Assembly (NCBI GenBank): GCA_036653755.1
Contig: JAVVTJ010000002.1
Span: 1 to 62,486, forward strand
Length of the DNA stretch: 62,486 bases
Direction: 5' to 3'
Source of the DNA: Clostridia bacterium
GTDB taxonomy: Bacteria > Bacillota > Clostridia > TANB77 > CAG-465
The stretch's first letter is position 1. Each line of letters begins with the position of its first letter. The notes beneath the pieces were generated by a model that was given only the letters and a program-made list of their open reading frames with translations, was not told the DNA's origin and did no database searches. Positions 9,401 to 18,857 of this stretch are shown here, one piece after another. Position numbers and translations under genes: made by a program.

Positions 9401-10643
9401 TAAACATATCTGCATTATATATAGTTTTAATTCCTCTTTCACCAGTTACTTTATCTATACATTTTACTGTTTCATTATTAGTATCTATATTATACTTTTT
9501 AGCACTTAATTTATAATCTGATGGATTTATTTCACTTATAATGTCTTGCATTAAAATATCATCTATTTTGTTTATATCATTTAATTTACTAATTAATTCT
9601 TGTTTATCTTTAACTTCTATATTACTATTAGTTATATTTTCAGCTAAAATATTTCTATTTATATTTGTTTTATCATCAGGCAATATATTTTTTGTTTCTG
9701 ATACTTTTTCACTTAATGTATCTAATATATTGTTACTTGTTTTATAAGTTTGTTTTACTTCTGCATTTGATTGGCTTTTATTGTTTTCTATTTTATTTGC
9801 TATATTTACAGTTTTGCTTAAACCCGCTGTCGCTCCACCCATTACTGCTGAAGTTAATGCTCCATCTACTCCAGATTGTAACATTCTTTGTGGCATGTTT
9901 TCCCAATCAGATTTCCCTAATATAGCTTGCGAAGCTATTTCGGTTGTTGGTTCCATTATTGCTTCTTGTATAACATTATCCATTGTGCTTATTCCAAATC
10001 TTTTTATACCAGCTCTAATACCACCCTTAGCTACTTCTTTAGCACCTTTTGATAATTGCCCTAAACCTATCATTTCAGTAAGCCCCTCAGCTGCCCCTAA
10101 TGTACTACCATATAATAACTTTTGTGTATCGTTTGCACCTTTTTGCTCTGCTTCTTCCATAGATTGTCCACCTGCATTAGCAAGTGATATAATAGCAGAA
10201 AGTACTGGACTTGATAAAGAAGTTACAGCAGTGGGCAACATTTGTCCAATACTTGTGCTTACTTCTGAAGCTTTTTTCATTACATCATTATTAATACTAT
10301 TACTTGCCCTCTGCTCTTGATTAGTTTTACTTTGAATTGTGCTTGATATATTTTTTTGAAAGTCATTCATCCAATTATTTATATCTTCATTTTTTAAAGT
10401 TTTTAAATATGGCTCAACTGTATCTGCTAGAAAATTAGTTATATTTAATCCACTTTTTATAAAACCAGTCCCTAAATTTTCATATATTTTACCAGCATCA
10501 TGAAAAAAATTGTTTTCAGATGTGGGTAAATATGTTGTTTTAGGAATATTATCATAAAAATTATATTCCTTACCATCAATTTTGCCTTCTCTTTGTAATC
10601 TAGCAATTTCATCTATTTTACCAGCTATATTTAATTTAGCCAT
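3450..10643 (-). CDS. Giant (2397-aa) polyvalent virion/ejection-type protein with two zincin-like motifs
   Basis: Single uninterrupted ORF. Gly/Ala-rich hydrophobic N-terminal region. HELTH (9267-9281) and HEIQH..EGYEGG (7863-7877). Long coiled-coil centre and hydrophobic C-terminal blocks. Confidence 0.6.
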   Translation of the reverse strand: MAKLNIAGKIDEIARLQREGKIDGKEYNFYDNIPKTTYLPTSENNFFHDAGKIYENLGTGFIKSGLNITNFLADTVEPYLKTLKNEDINNWMNDFQKNISSTIQSKTNQEQRASNSINNDVMKKASEVSTSIGQMLPTAVTSLSSPVLSAIISLANAGGQSMEEAEQKGANDTQKLLYGSTLGAAEGLTEMIGLGQLSKGAKEVAKGGIRAGIKRFGISTMDNVIQEAIMEPTTEIASQAILGKSDWENMPQRMLQSGVDGALTSAVMGGATAGLSKTVNIANKIENNKSQSNAEVKQTYKTSNNILDTLSEKVSETKNILPDDKTNINRNILAENITNSNIEVKDKQELISKLNDINKIDDILMQDIISEINPSDYKLSAKKYNIDTNNETVKCIDKVTGERGIKTIYNADMFKNNNVNAMWKVDTDENGNITRKVILNPNADTNKTLENITVHELTHDLEGTNEYNTLKQLVQDYDSKKSGYLEARQSLEEAYSQVYDKESIGFEELVDNEAVADILGSKLGDQEFINNLTIKDQTISQKVYNWVIDKLNKINKLTGYKSEKLYWSDVKNKFETSFKQDYANINNNQNKFSIQVDSNGNKYVKVDTDQDIFEGKTAREFTNIARKYILKNYRDGNKPLLLPTAEKINVTSKTASEYTHPKTELQNPDKKMKMKASTELDNLLNISDYQYSVKDDGRHSFAKDGWDYYKTVFEVNGFKYEGLINIAKHGDTKTLYDITQIKKMPFYNTSDKSFIASPRTSSLYNNSITPINTDVNTTDKYSMQNNTKYSIAGKKAMENLNDSKLEKQYENAQHMKSIGVNNETIRQSTNWFQDKNGDWKFEFSDKDMELKKDIKLEKNKTYKLGDILEHDTLFSAYPELANYKVHMTENSKINGSYNKFTDLIKLDVSKLNTQSKSEGTLIHEIQHAIQKIEGYEGGASNKASKLRYYESLGEIEATDTKDRFILEKYKNQNLTNTPPETSKYNPEHKNLQKYLNNRNIFDKIKDKRYNYKKDGVNYENVETNILENTKNNGREILQKNTKIRGQAWNRLGSEGRGHVELEKSNSISLPNTVWDNRLNTLYKNENVGNKIKDLKKEVNTAKTLSKNQRYEKSKTNQFITNLTDKLQVSKYSNKELLNNTVNEIKEEIRNNGTLSDESKTKLFNKLYNDLKIVDKTYYNEYKDLFNDLKTTKVYLPTNIKSDVDNIKIRTTSDMNATKIDVKYQELSEVYPGLFSSKIDNEADQLIRMSKVKEDILLSERNLNEYNDIVMGPEYKKFAKNDFDNLVYELENDVKLADRYKEAKTEKEKKKIEEVEDVKEVFKMANEYQKQHDKVMAKEVLTDVDNKYLKALENGSLTVEELKNKKDKPNVKGILNVYEVSKPLRETQKAIEKFRKDVKAEHYDKVKDLTENMNEWKDKKGLFAGFRLNRETFTRNIQDVVKDKKTADKINSVLYDKYSSNEAESTRIKNEIGNRIRDLGLDTKEKYVYDGNKINEYDIAQLYLEKKLDDGQVIDYGVNLNKIKEASNTYKEIFDDLCNKMSDTLVANGYAPVEYRKNYFPHFTENKPDTFLGKISSMVGIDTTYQELDTSIAGTTASRKPGKTWMGNLLQRTSDVTDYNALKSIDMYLQGSMDIIYHTDDIQRLRAFESTIRDSYLSEEMKKRIEEIKDNENISPEDKVEAIEKIHQTANNQLSHFVTWIREYTNVLAGKKSSADRQFEYELGRNIYITAQNLESRFAANAVGGNLSVSLTNIAPLIQATGTTGYGNVLKGMLKTMTSSISHDDSFINNSDFLTKRRGTDKLYKTTVNKLSEIASKPFQIIDDFVSESIVRAKYDENISNGMSEIDALTNADKYTANLMADRSKGALPVTFNSKNPIAKVINMFQVEVNNTLSNYTKDMKIDAKTKTQLVQNYTKLFAGTFVFNTLIKSIRGGNDVLPDPIHWVMDVINYLFGDDEEKEKSMQSLGNNIVGAIPFSNIAGLVGMEDIGRLPTASMLPNVIKIAGSFDKDVSEEYRNETLIKEMSKPLTYIFLPFGGSQLKKTIDGISAVIEGGSYKTNKKGEKQLQFAIEDANLGTYAQAGILGKYSLPTAKKYVDDGFNLLTAKETKIYKEANVPFEEFSKYTNASKRKNSDKINILNKMKIDDSQKWNIYIMDIFNDKIREEDKRSQVMDAEYALKNNKISKKEYMELYTKVNKNNSSMPDKKELDKLLENNVEIKDYVTYKIDTSQNKMPSEKDSNGKTIKNTRKVKIIDYLLSSDIPANSKAYLYSKEFADTTPIINCKIPVNEYLKLQKNIAFLVGDEDKKSIFEDKKLKNSLKRKVMKEIVKLDLTPQQKILLTYLSGYSIEDNDYKGVSKNSARKNSFKYIDGLNISKIKKEKILKVAEYKKLKNGKWSW

Positions 10644-10655
10644 TTTGTGCCTCCT

Positions 10656-11597
10656 TTAATATCTATTCCACATTTGAAATAATCTTTCATTTTCATTATT
10701 ATTTGTTTTTTCATATGTTGTTTGCCCATTTATTGCTTTTTTTATTATTTTACCTTTATTAGTTAGTTCATCTAATCTTTTTTTACTCAAAGGTCCATAA
10801 CCTAATTTAGATACGCTACCATAATCTACATTTGCAAATTCATCAATTTTATTGTTAGAACTTGATTTATTATTTTTATCAGATAGAGATAATGCATTTG
10901 CTATCTCCGCCTCAATTTGCCTTTTCTTTAATTCTAGTTGTTGCTGTGCAATACTATTTTCAAATGCCCTTTGTCTTTCAGATGCTTGAATTTGATCTTC
11001 TTGCTGATTCATCTGTAATACAAACTTTTCATAATCTTTGTACTTCATATAATTATCTATTGCTTGTTGATATCTATTATTAGCAAGTTCATTATTATAT
11101 CTAGTCATATCTGTTTTTTTAGATTCTATATCTGCTAATAATTCTTGCTCTTTTTGAGAATATTGTAAATTAGCATTGTTTACGTTATTTTCTACTTCTC
11201 TTAACGCTTTATTTCTGTTTGAACTTATTGTATTTAAATTTTCATTATATGAATTTGCTAAATCAGAATATGTACTACCAACAACACCAGTTGTATTTAA
11301 TCCTGCTTGTGAAAGTTTTTGTCCTACATCTCTTTGAGATAGCATATTATTTATATACGCTTGTTTTGATTGTCCTTTTGATTCTTCTTGAATTGTAGGT
11401 ATTTGAGATTGTATTTGATTAATAGTGTTTTGCTTATTTGTATTTAAAGCATTTTTTCTTAATTCAGCTGCTTTTTCGTATTCGCTCAGATACTGTTGTG
11501 TTTGGTTATTTAAACCTGCTGTTTGTTGTTTAGCATAATCATCAGCTGTCATTCCTAATATTTGTTTATAACTATCAGGTACATTTAAATATGACAT
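10656..11597 (-). CDS. Q/N-rich coiled-coil virion protein (hypothetical)
   Basis: 313-aa ORF, translationally packed between the fibre genes and the giant gene. Confidence 0.35.
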   Translation of the reverse strand: MSYLNVPDSYKQILGMTADDYAKQQTAGLNNQTQQYLSEYEKAAELRKNALNTNKQNTINQIQSQIPTIQEESKGQSKQAYINNMLSQRDVGQKLSQAGLNTTGVVGSTYSDLANSYNENLNTISSNRNKALREVENNVNNANLQYSQKEQELLADIESKKTDMTRYNNELANNRYQQAIDNYMKYKDYEKFVLQMNQQEDQIQASERQRAFENSIAQQQLELKKRQIEAEIANALSLSDKNNKSSSNNKIDEFANVDYGSVSKLGYGPLSKKRLDELTNKGKIIKKAINGQTTYEKTNNNENERLFQMWNRY

Positions 11598-11600
11598 TTT

Positions 11601-11930
11601 TTATTCCTCCTTATATCCATTAAATACTTCTAATTTTAATAAACCTGTTGTATTTCTTTTTTCTAATAAATTATTTATTATTTTATTACCATAAACTCCA
11701 ACATATAATATACCTGCTTGTTTTAATGCTTCAGCAGGTATATTACATTTATTGTTTATAATTTTTTCTTTGTATATTTTATTATTTATATTAAATGTAG
11801 AAAAATTTTCTAATTCTTGCCATTCTTTACTAAATTCAAATTCACACTCTATTTGATTATACATTCCTGTTGTTAAATATTCACTTTTAATTAATTTTAT
11901 AACATTTGAATTTATTTGTATTCTTATCAT
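11601..11930 (-). CDS. BppU-N-like baseplate/fibre module (stand-alone)
   Basis: 109 aa. Paralogous to the N-terminus of 13431-14456 (EYLTTG.Y.Q.EC.F.F, INNKC.IPAEA, KRNT). Confidence 0.5.
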   Translation of the reverse strand: MIRIQINSNVIKLIKSEYLTTGMYNQIECEFEFSKEWQELENFSTFNINNKIYKEKIINNKCNIPAEALKQAGILYVGVYGNKIINNLLEKRNTTGLLKLEVFNGYKEE

Positions 11931-11987
11931 ATATTCACCTCTTTTTTTAAGTTATAAGCTATTTTGTTTACTAGATAAATTAAATTT

Positions 11988-12353
11988 TCATTTCCAATAC
12001 GATTTAATAAAAAAATTAATTGTGTTAAGACCGTTATACATAATGTGATTAGCACTATCCCATGCATAAATGGCTATATGCGTAGTGTCTATACAACTTG
12101 CGTTTAGTACAAGTGATCGTGATAAACTGTATGTTGATGTAGCAAGAAAAACGCTTTGTGATATTTTCGATGAATTGATAGAAACTGGTAGCTCTATTAT
12201 TAATTCACCATTAACAAAATTTGCATTTCTATATCCATACATTTCAACAATCCCATTATTTTTCTTCACTACAGTTAAATTATTTTGAATTGATATTTCT
12301 TCCATCAAATTTTCGACTTTATTTTCTAAATTAAATATAGCAGGTGCACTCAT
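11988..12353 (-). CDS. Hypothetical virion protein
   Basis: 121-aa ORF with RBS AGGCAGGTGA, in the fibre gene block. Confidence 0.35.
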   Translation of the reverse strand: MSAPAIFNLENKVENLMEEISIQNNLTVVKKNNGIVEMYGYRNANFVNGELIIELPVSINSSKISQSVFLATSTYSLSRSLVLNASCIDTTHIAIYAWDSANHIMYNGLNTINFFIKSYWK

Positions 12354-12452
12354 ATTTGTTCACCTGCCTTTTTATAAAAATTATCTAATGTATAATATAC
12401 CCTTGTGTATGTGTATGTGTGTGTAGTATCAATGCGTTTTTCAATGTTTTGT

Positions 12453-12842
12453 TTAACATAATATTTCTCCTTTACTTCTTATTATTTTCCTTGATTTTTC
12501 TCTTTTAGCTAATACTTCAGTATAATCTTTATCAGATATTTCTCCTGTAATTTGATATTCTGCAAGCTTTGTTATTATATAATCAGTATTATTTAAATAA
12601 TTTTGTGCCTCTCGTATTTTTTGTTCATTTATTTCTGAAACAGTTAATGGTTTTGTATAACTTTCAAAATCAGCTATATTAAAATTGTTTGTTTTGTTAT
12701 TTTTAAGTCTTGCTTGTCCTAAGTTTATAAGCTCTTTATAAAGCTCTTCTGTTATCTCTATTGCTTCATTAGATATGTTGAAATTTATATCAGAACTATA
12801 AAAGCCTTGTACTATATTATCTTTTAATAGCATATATTTCAT
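12453..12842 (-). CDS. Tail-fibre assembly chaperone-like protein
   Basis: 129 aa. YLNNTDYIITK...AKREKSRKIIR resembles XkdW/fibre-assembly proteins. Follows the fibre tip gene. Confidence 0.4.
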   Translation of the reverse strand: MKYMLLKDNIVQGFYSSDINFNISNEAIEITEELYKELINLGQARLKNNKTNNFNIADFESYTKPLTVSEINEQKIREAQNYLNNTDYIITKLAEYQITGEISDKDYTEVLAKREKSRKIIRSKGEILC

Positions 12843-12855
12843 TTTATCGCCTCCT

Positions 12856-13434
12856 TTAATAGCCTATTGCTATGTATTGCACATTTAACATTTTACTAGT
12901 ATTTGAATTTAAAATAATATCAAATTTTGAATTGTCAATCGCACTGCATTGGAGCATATAATATGCCGATGTATATGCTAAAGTTCCTATAATTGCACAG
13001 ATCTGAACTGGAAAAGTAATAGGAAATAGCTCTCTGATTCTATCTGTACCAGGCTGAATATTTGTAAACCCCCATTGTATTATTAGTCCATTAGCCAATT
13101 TGAAGTATCCATCCTCTTGTTTTAATATAGGACAATTTGAATTATTCCAAATTTCCACCCAGTCTTGCCATACGTTGTTAACTTTATTCCTAAAATATTG
13201 TTTTTTGTCTGAAACATTTGTGAATATTTGAAATATCCAATTGCTGTCAAGAATTTGTGTTGTAAAATATCCGTTTTGTTCAGATGGTCTATGTAGAGAA
13301 GGTCCATTTGCATATCCTTTACAATCATAATTTAGATTGTTTAAATCAGTTCTAAAATCTCCTATATTTTTTGTTGTTTTCGTTTCTAAAACTTCTATTT
13401 TTTCTTCTAATTCTAAATTATTTGGCTTACTCAT
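12856..13434 (-). CDS. Tail fibre tip / receptor-binding protein
   Basis: 192 aa. [15 protein letters not shown]...ITFPV pattern as in gp53-like fibre C-terminal domains. Confidence 0.5.
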   Translation of the reverse strand: MSKPNNLELEEKIEVLETKTTKNIGDFRTDLNNLNYDCKGYANGPSLHRPSEQNGYFTTQILDSNWIFQIFTNVSDKKQYFRNKVNNVWQDWVEIWNNSNCPILKQEDGYFKLANGLIIQWGFTNIQPGTDRIRELFPITFPVQICAIIGTLAYTSAYYMLQCSAIDNSKFDIILNSNTSKMLNVQYIAIGY

Positions 13435-14456
13435 ATTATATCACCTCTTACTTTAAATTCTAAATTTTTATTAGCTGGTACTGTCCAATCTTTAAATTGT
13501 ATTTTGTTACTAACACTTCCATTTACTCCAACTTCAATAAAGTTTTCATTCAAAATTAATTTACAATTTTGATAATATACTTCTAAGATATTTGCACCTA
13601 CTGTATAATTAAAAGGTAATGTGTAATCTGTATTTTGAGCTATTGATACTGTTGTTAATAATTTAGATTGTTTAATTATTATTTCTGATTTATTTGCTTT
13701 TTCTATATTCAGTTTTTTACCCATTTTAGCACTCAATGCACTTATAGTATCATCACTATTTAAATTGTCTATTATAGTTGTGCTTGGTCCTATTGGTCCA
13801 GTTTCTCCTTGAATACCTTGTATGCCTTGCGGTCCAATAGAACCTGCTGGACCTATTTTTCCTATTTCTCCCTGTATTCCTTGTATTCCCTGTATTCCTT
13901 GTGGACCTGATGCTCCTATATCTCCTTTAATACCTTGTACTCCTTGCGGTCCTTTTAATTTTCCATTATCACATTTTATTTGAAATGTTTCACCATCTGC
14001 AAATTTAACATCTTCAGCTTTAAAGTTATTTATAACTGCTTGTGCATCTTTTAAAATTTTATTCATTTCTATTATATAAGTTTCAAATACACTAGGAGAA
14101 GGAAGTTCTGCTTGAATGTTTTTAGAAAAACTGCCTTCATTTATTATAATACTATATAGTGTGCTGGTATTTCTTTTAATTAAAATATTGTTTACAATTT
14201 CAGTTCCAAATATTCCTATGTTTAATATTCCTGGTATTTCTATTGCTTCTGCTGGTATATAACATTTATTATTAATTAATGTTTGACTATATGCTACTCC
14301 ATTTACAATAAACATAGCTGTTTTATCTAAATTATTCCATGTTGTATCTAAAAAATTAAAACTGCATTCTGCTTGTTTATATGATCCTGTTGTTAAGTAT
14401 TCTGTTTTAATACTTTTTAATATATTTTGTATTATATCAAATTTAAGTGTTATCAT
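13431..14456 (-). CDS. Collagen-like BppU-family baseplate/fibre protein
   Basis: BppU-N-like start, then a G-X-Y run ([56 protein letters not shown]). Start set at ATG 14456 behind AAGGGGG (ORF track 14477). Confidence 0.7.
   Translation of the reverse strand: MITLKFDIIQNILKSIKTEYLTTGSYKQAECSFNFLDTTWNNLDKTAMFIVNGVAYSQTLINNKCYIPAEAIEIPGILNIGIFGTEIVNNILIKRNTSTLYSIIINEGSFSKNIQAELPSPSVFETYIIEMNKILKDAQAVINNFKAEDVKFADGETFQIKCDNGKLKGPQGVQGIKGDIGASGPQGIQGIQGIQGEIGKIGPAGSIGPQGIQGIQGETGPIGPSTTIIDNLNSDDTISALSAKMGKKLNIEKANKSEIIIKQSKLLTTVSIAQNTDYTLPFNYTVGANILEVYYQNCKLILNENFIEVGVNGSVSNKIQFKDWTVPANKNLEFKVRGDII
13795..13960 (-). repeat. 9-bp periodic coding repeat (collagen G-X-Y tract)
   Basis: Reiterated ccttg(t/c)attcc / ggtcc units on the plus strand, in frame with the G-X-Y run. 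Confidence 0.7.
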
Positions 14457-14466
14457 TTTTACCCCC

Positions 14467-16203
14467 TTATGATGCATATCCAGTAATGGTTAAAAACATA
14501 GTTACTATTCCTGTTCTTTTAAGTGGTGCCACATCAATTGGAAGTGTTCCTGGATCATACAATTCTTCTGCTGGATTTGGTTCATCACTTTTAACCATTA
14601 ATCTATTTATACCACTTCTTAAATAATTAACTAATTCTATACTTGTTGTTTCTTGTATATTTTCGTTTGTGGAAGTAGCTGTTGGTGTCCAGCCATTGCC
14701 TCCTAAAGCATTTATTATTTTAGAATAATTATTCATGTTAACTTGATCTATATATTCGCCACCTAATATTCCTGCTCTTCTAAAATCATTAATTTTAGAA
14801 GATGAACAAGAATATAAATTAATATTTCTTGCATAACCATAAAATTGAAACTGCCCTGAACTATTTATATATTTATACGGTGCATGTCTTATTTTAAGTT
14901 TTGCACTTGCTATTGTAAAATTTGAAGGTATATATATTTCCAAGTTAATATTTTTATACTCATTTCCCGAAAATCCATAATTTTTAAAAAAACCGAGATT
15001 TTCCCAATTTTCTACATTAAATTGTAATACTGAAAGTATTCCATTTGATCCTATAAGTTTTGTACCATTTTTTAGTTCAATTCCATTTGTATCCATAACT
15101 ATAATTTCTTGATAATTAGAATCTAATAATTTAAGTAAACCATTTACTCCATTATTTCCACCAAGCGTAAGGGTTCCACCTTTTATTCTATCAGCTGAAA
15201 GTGTTCCAGCAGTTATAAAATCTGCTACTATTTGTCCATTCATTGTTATTGCAAGTTCATAAGTTCCATTTATTCCTGTTGAACTGTATCCTATTCCATT
15301 TAGTCCAAATTTCCATACATGTACAGCTAAATTTAAATTTTCATTATCAGTTATATATGCAGAGCCTGTAACTTCATCTTTAATAAAATTTCCTTTATTA
15401 AATGTATTTATAAGTTCTGTAGAATTTATTTTAGCTTGTTGTAGTATACTAGGTTTTATTATTGTTTCAATTTTTTCATCTATTTCATCTTTCACTTCTT
15501 CTTTTGACATATCAGGAAAAGATGGAATTGTAAATTTAGAATCTAAAGTCCAGTTTTCTTTATTGAAATTTGTATTTGAAACTGATGCAAATAACATTTG
15601 CCCGGTTCTACAATTATTTGGAATATCACTTGCATTAATTATAGAAGGTATTATCCATATATCATTTATTTTATAATTATTTGGTTTTGTTACATATATT
15701 GTTTTTGTAATTGAATTTGTATTAAATAATTTTTCCGGTATATATTGTTCTTTCCAATAATAATTATCATCTTTTAAATATATTGAATTTGCAAGTGTTA
15801 TTGTATTATGCCATAAGTCACCTATATGTTTTTCTTTTTCTATATATGTACTCCATAAACTAGAAGGATCATCTTGTTGATAAAAACTTTTAATTTCTCC
15901 ATCTAATTGATTAATTAAAAGCTGTACTTGTCCTAATGATTCATTTGCTTTACTATCATCAGTAAAATTTGTAGCTTTCTCCCAATCTGATAGATTGTAA
16001 CTACCTATCTTTCTATCTTTAATACATCTATACATATTTCCAGTTGGACCTTCTGTCCATGTATCACCGATAAAATACGGTGGAGATGGTTGTATATTAT
16101 AATTTTTACTAGTATCTGTTATTATATCTTCTGTTGTTTTACCTAATGCTTTATTTAAGTACCCTAACGTAACATTATCTTCATCATATTTTGGATCACT
16201 CAT
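14467..16203 (-). CDS. Tail spike/fibre-type structural protein
   Basis: 578 aa. [17 protein letters not shown]-type motif common in phage fibre/spike proteins. Assigned also by position. Confidence 0.45.
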   Translation of the reverse strand: MSDPKYDEDNVTLGYLNKALGKTTEDIITDTSKNYNIQPSPPYFIGDTWTEGPTGNMYRCIKDRKIGSYNLSDWEKATNFTDDSKANESLGQVQLLINQLDGEIKSFYQQDDPSSLWSTYIEKEKHIGDLWHNTITLANSIYLKDDNYYWKEQYIPEKLFNTNSITKTIYVTKPNNYKINDIWIIPSIINASDIPNNCRTGQMLFASVSNTNFNKENWTLDSKFTIPSFPDMSKEEVKDEIDEKIETIIKPSILQQAKINSTELINTFNKGNFIKDEVTGSAYITDNENLNLAVHVWKFGLNGIGYSSTGINGTYELAITMNGQIVADFITAGTLSADRIKGGTLTLGGNNGVNGLLKLLDSNYQEIIVMDTNGIELKNGTKLIGSNGILSVLQFNVENWENLGFFKNYGFSGNEYKNINLEIYIPSNFTIASAKLKIRHAPYKYINSSGQFQFYGYARNINLYSCSSSKINDFRRAGILGGEYIDQVNMNNYSKIINALGGNGWTPTATSTNENIQETTSIELVNYLRSGINRLMVKSDEPNPAEELYDPGTLPIDVAPLKRTGIVTMFLTITGYAS

Positions 16204-16205
16204 TA

Positions 16206-18047
16206 TTATTCACCTCTATATTTTCCAGCTATTATATATTGTATACATATATTTATAAAAGACATATTTACTGGTCTATTACTTAATAATTCAAATTGAA
16301 TAAACATTATTTTCTTTATTTTTAATTTTTCTTGTAATATTTTTGGATATGTTGCACCTTTTACACTAAATGATTTTGAAATTATATTTTTTTTATCACT
16401 TTTTTCTATACTATATATTTCTATTTCTGAATCAACTTTAGGATTATGTGATACAATTATTTTTTTAAGAGTTTTAGCAAGTGTTGTTTGATTAAAATGT
16501 ATTATAGGAGTTTTCCAACTTGCTTTTACATCTATATTTATATCTTTAAATAAATCTATATCATTTGATTTTTTAAACTTGCATATTTTACCATCATTTG
16601 TGCCAAAATATAATTCATTATTCCATACAAACCATACTCTAACTGGTACATTATTCCAAAAATACCACTCATATTGGTAACCTGATGTTTTACTGTCTTT
16701 TTCAATTGATTTATATCTTGTATCTGCAATATATACATTTCCATTTACTGCTAAATAATATTTGCCATCAAAATATATAGATGTTGCTTCTTTAAGATTA
16801 GGTTCATGTATTAATTTTCCATCAACAAAATATGAACGTAATACATATGAATTAGCATTTTTTTCATTAACTGGTAATATTGCATATACCCCTTGATTAG
16901 AAAGCATAAAACAATCGTTTTGGACGTTTGTTATAGCTCTATTACATATAGCTCCTACTCCTGCAATTCCACTTTGTAGTGGAAATACTTCTTTACCATT
17001 AAACATTGATGTGCCTCTATAATATGCTGTACAATCTGTATCTGAATTATCTTTTAAAATAGCAAGTCTACCATCACTTATTCTTCCATAACCTATAATA
17101 GGAGATGTATCAAGTCCAATAGCCGACACATTATCCGCCGGAAAATACATTAAATTATCTATATCTGAATGCCAATCTACATTAGAATATTTTTTATTGC
17201 CTGATATAAATATTCTATTATTATTTCCATTGTAGCCAAATGAAGTTAAAAAAGTGCACTTATTTATTTGTTCTAAATTTTCTTGATTAGTTACACTAAA
17301 ATGTATATTTACATTATCTCTACCTTCAACTAAACTTTCACCTGGAGCTATATTAAACTTTATTTTTCCTTTACTTCTATCAACTGTAAAATGTGTATTT
17401 TCTTCTAAAATATCATAACTGCCTTGTGCATTTAATTTTTCTACTATAACAGGTTCCGCACTTACTGTATCACTATCTAATTTATATATTAAATCTGTAT
17501 TTGTACCTAAAAATGAATTTATTCTTTTTGGTTGAATCATATTTATACTTTCGTACTTTACACCGCCACCATTTTCTGGTGACATTGATATTCTTGTTTT
17601 AGGAATGTACCCTACTTCATCTAAATATTTTGCTTCCATATTTGTGCCAAATTTACCATATATAATAGCTCTTTTACCATCTAATATAAGTAACTTTCCA
17701 TTAAAAACTATTCCTGCTGATATAGTATCTTCTAAACCAGCTTTTATCTCAACTGAAATAGAAAAGTCACTACTAACTTCATATAATTTAGTTCCTAAAT
17801 GAATTATATTTACTTCACCGTTTATAGTATCCATATTCCATATGCCATTTATTTTTCCAGTAAACTGTTTTACTAATTTATATCCATATCTTTTTTGTAA
17901 ATATCCATCCACATTTATCATGTTTTTACTATCGGGACTTCTTTTTAAATTTATATCAGTTATTTCTGTTGTAAAATCTACACCCAAAAAGTTATCTAAA
18001 TTTAATTGAGATATAGAGGGTGAAGGCGGTACGTTAAAACTTGACAT
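16206..18047 (-). CDS. Large virion (tail/nozzle-type) structural protein
   Basis: 613-aa ORF tightly coupled to its neighbours downstream of the head genes. No domain recognised. Confidence 0.35.
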   Translation of the reverse strand: MSSFNVPPSPSISQLNLDNFLGVDFTTEITDINLKRSPDSKNMINVDGYLQKRYGYKLVKQFTGKINGIWNMDTINGEVNIIHLGTKLYEVSSDFSISVEIKAGLEDTISAGIVFNGKLLILDGKRAIIYGKFGTNMEAKYLDEVGYIPKTRISMSPENGGGVKYESINMIQPKRINSFLGTNTDLIYKLDSDTVSAEPVIVEKLNAQGSYDILEENTHFTVDRSKGKIKFNIAPGESLVEGRDNVNIHFSVTNQENLEQINKCTFLTSFGYNGNNNRIFISGNKKYSNVDWHSDIDNLMYFPADNVSAIGLDTSPIIGYGRISDGRLAILKDNSDTDCTAYYRGTSMFNGKEVFPLQSGIAGVGAICNRAITNVQNDCFMLSNQGVYAILPVNEKNANSYVLRSYFVDGKLIHEPNLKEATSIYFDGKYYLAVNGNVYIADTRYKSIEKDSKTSGYQYEWYFWNNVPVRVWFVWNNELYFGTNDGKICKFKKSNDIDLFKDINIDVKASWKTPIIHFNQTTLAKTLKKIIVSHNPKVDSEIEIYSIEKSDKKNIISKSFSVKGATYPKILQEKLKIKKIMFIQFELLSNRPVNMSFINICIQYIIAGKYRGE

Positions 18048-18049
18048 AT

Positions 18050-18484
18050 TTATACCTCCATATTATATATTACTTGTATTTGATTATTTTCTATATTTTT
18101 TGCTAATTCTTCTAATCCTACTTCAAATTCATTTCTGTAACCCGTAGCAAGACCTATATCATCATCTTTGTATACTTGACTTGCTATATACAAAGGAAGT
18201 AATAATAATGCTTCTTCATAGGTAGTCATTACATATTCATCTTTTACATCGAATTTTAATTGTTCTACTTTTACTTTTTCTTCTATTCCATTTGTATATG
18301 TGTATTTAGGATAACCATAAGAATATATCCTATATAGTCCTTCATTTGCTGCCGAAATCATTCTTTGCAAATATGGTTGTATATTGCCATCGTTTGATTT
18401 TACTTGTAAACTATCATAATCATAAATATCATCTGTTAAAAACATTTTTTGTATAGCTATTGTTTTAATATCTCCCCATCTCAT
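18050..18484 (-). CDS. Head-tail adaptor-type protein (hypothetical)
   Basis: ORF track 18050-18535. ATG 18484 has RBS AAAGGGGAAA. Assigned by position after the capsid gene. Confidence 0.35.
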   Translation of the reverse strand: MRWGDIKTIAIQKMFLTDDIYDYDSLQVKSNDGNIQPYLQRMISAANEGLYRIYSYGYPKYTYTNGIEEKVKVEQLKFDVKDEYVMTTYEEALLLLPLYIASQVYKDDDIGLATGYRNEFEVGLEELAKNIENNQIQVIYNMEV

Positions 18485-18564
18485 ATTATTTTCCCCTTTC
18501 AATGTTATTGGAATCGAACCAATTTTACCTTTCATTGATATATAGCAGGTTTGAACCTGCTTTT

Positions 18565-18804
18565 TTATTCTATAATATAACCTGCAGATTTTAAAACATC
18601 ATAAACATCCTGATTAACTGTTGTTTGTTTTCCAAGTATGATTTCATACTTATCATCATTTACAAATACAGGAATTGTTTTAATTGATGGATTTAAAGAA
18701 TCTATAGGAACTACTACAAGATAATCTTTATTTTGTGTCATATTTTTATCCTCCTCATTACTTTCTGTTTTAGTAACATTAGTAGGTTTTTCACTTTTAT
18801 CCAT
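18565..18804 (-). CDS. Small hypothetical head protein
   Basis: ORF track 18565-18822. ATG 18804 lies behind GGAAGGAGAA. Confidence 0.3.
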   Translation of the reverse strand: MDKSEKPTNVTKTESNEEDKNMTQNKDYLVVVPIDSLNPSIKTIPVFVNDDKYEIILGKQTTVNQDVYDVLKSAGYIIE

Positions 18805-18857
18805 TTTATATTCTCCTTCCATATAAATAAATTAGGGTATATTTCTATACCCTATGA

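Noticed and set aside
3595-10320. Plus-strand ORFs of 61-179 aa inside the giant gene (for example 9781-10320, 9665-9925, 5344-5571).
   Set aside because: They are shadow frames opposite a 7.2-kb continuous minus-strand ORF. Their translations are low-complexity (F/L/I/S-rich) and lack RBSs. The same reasoning applies to the other antisense ORFs in the track, such as 865-1170, 2188-2548, 21869-22438, 28376-28776, 36863-37214, 44767-45123 and 60328-60804.
12405-12425. 21-nt alternating purine-pyrimidine tract GTGTATGTGTATGTGTGTGTA between two fibre-module genes (possible phase-variable or Z-DNA element).
   Set aside because: It is intergenic, short, not a pure dinucleotide repeat and not positioned between -35 and -10 elements. 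There is no evidence that it changes expression.
18546-18568. AGCAGGT-TTGA-ACCTGCT hairpin plus T6 as a terminator inside the head gene block.
   Set aside because: The T-run follows the hairpin only on the plus strand, where no gene is transcribed. On the coding (minus) strand it lacks a U-tract. At most it blocks antisense transcription.
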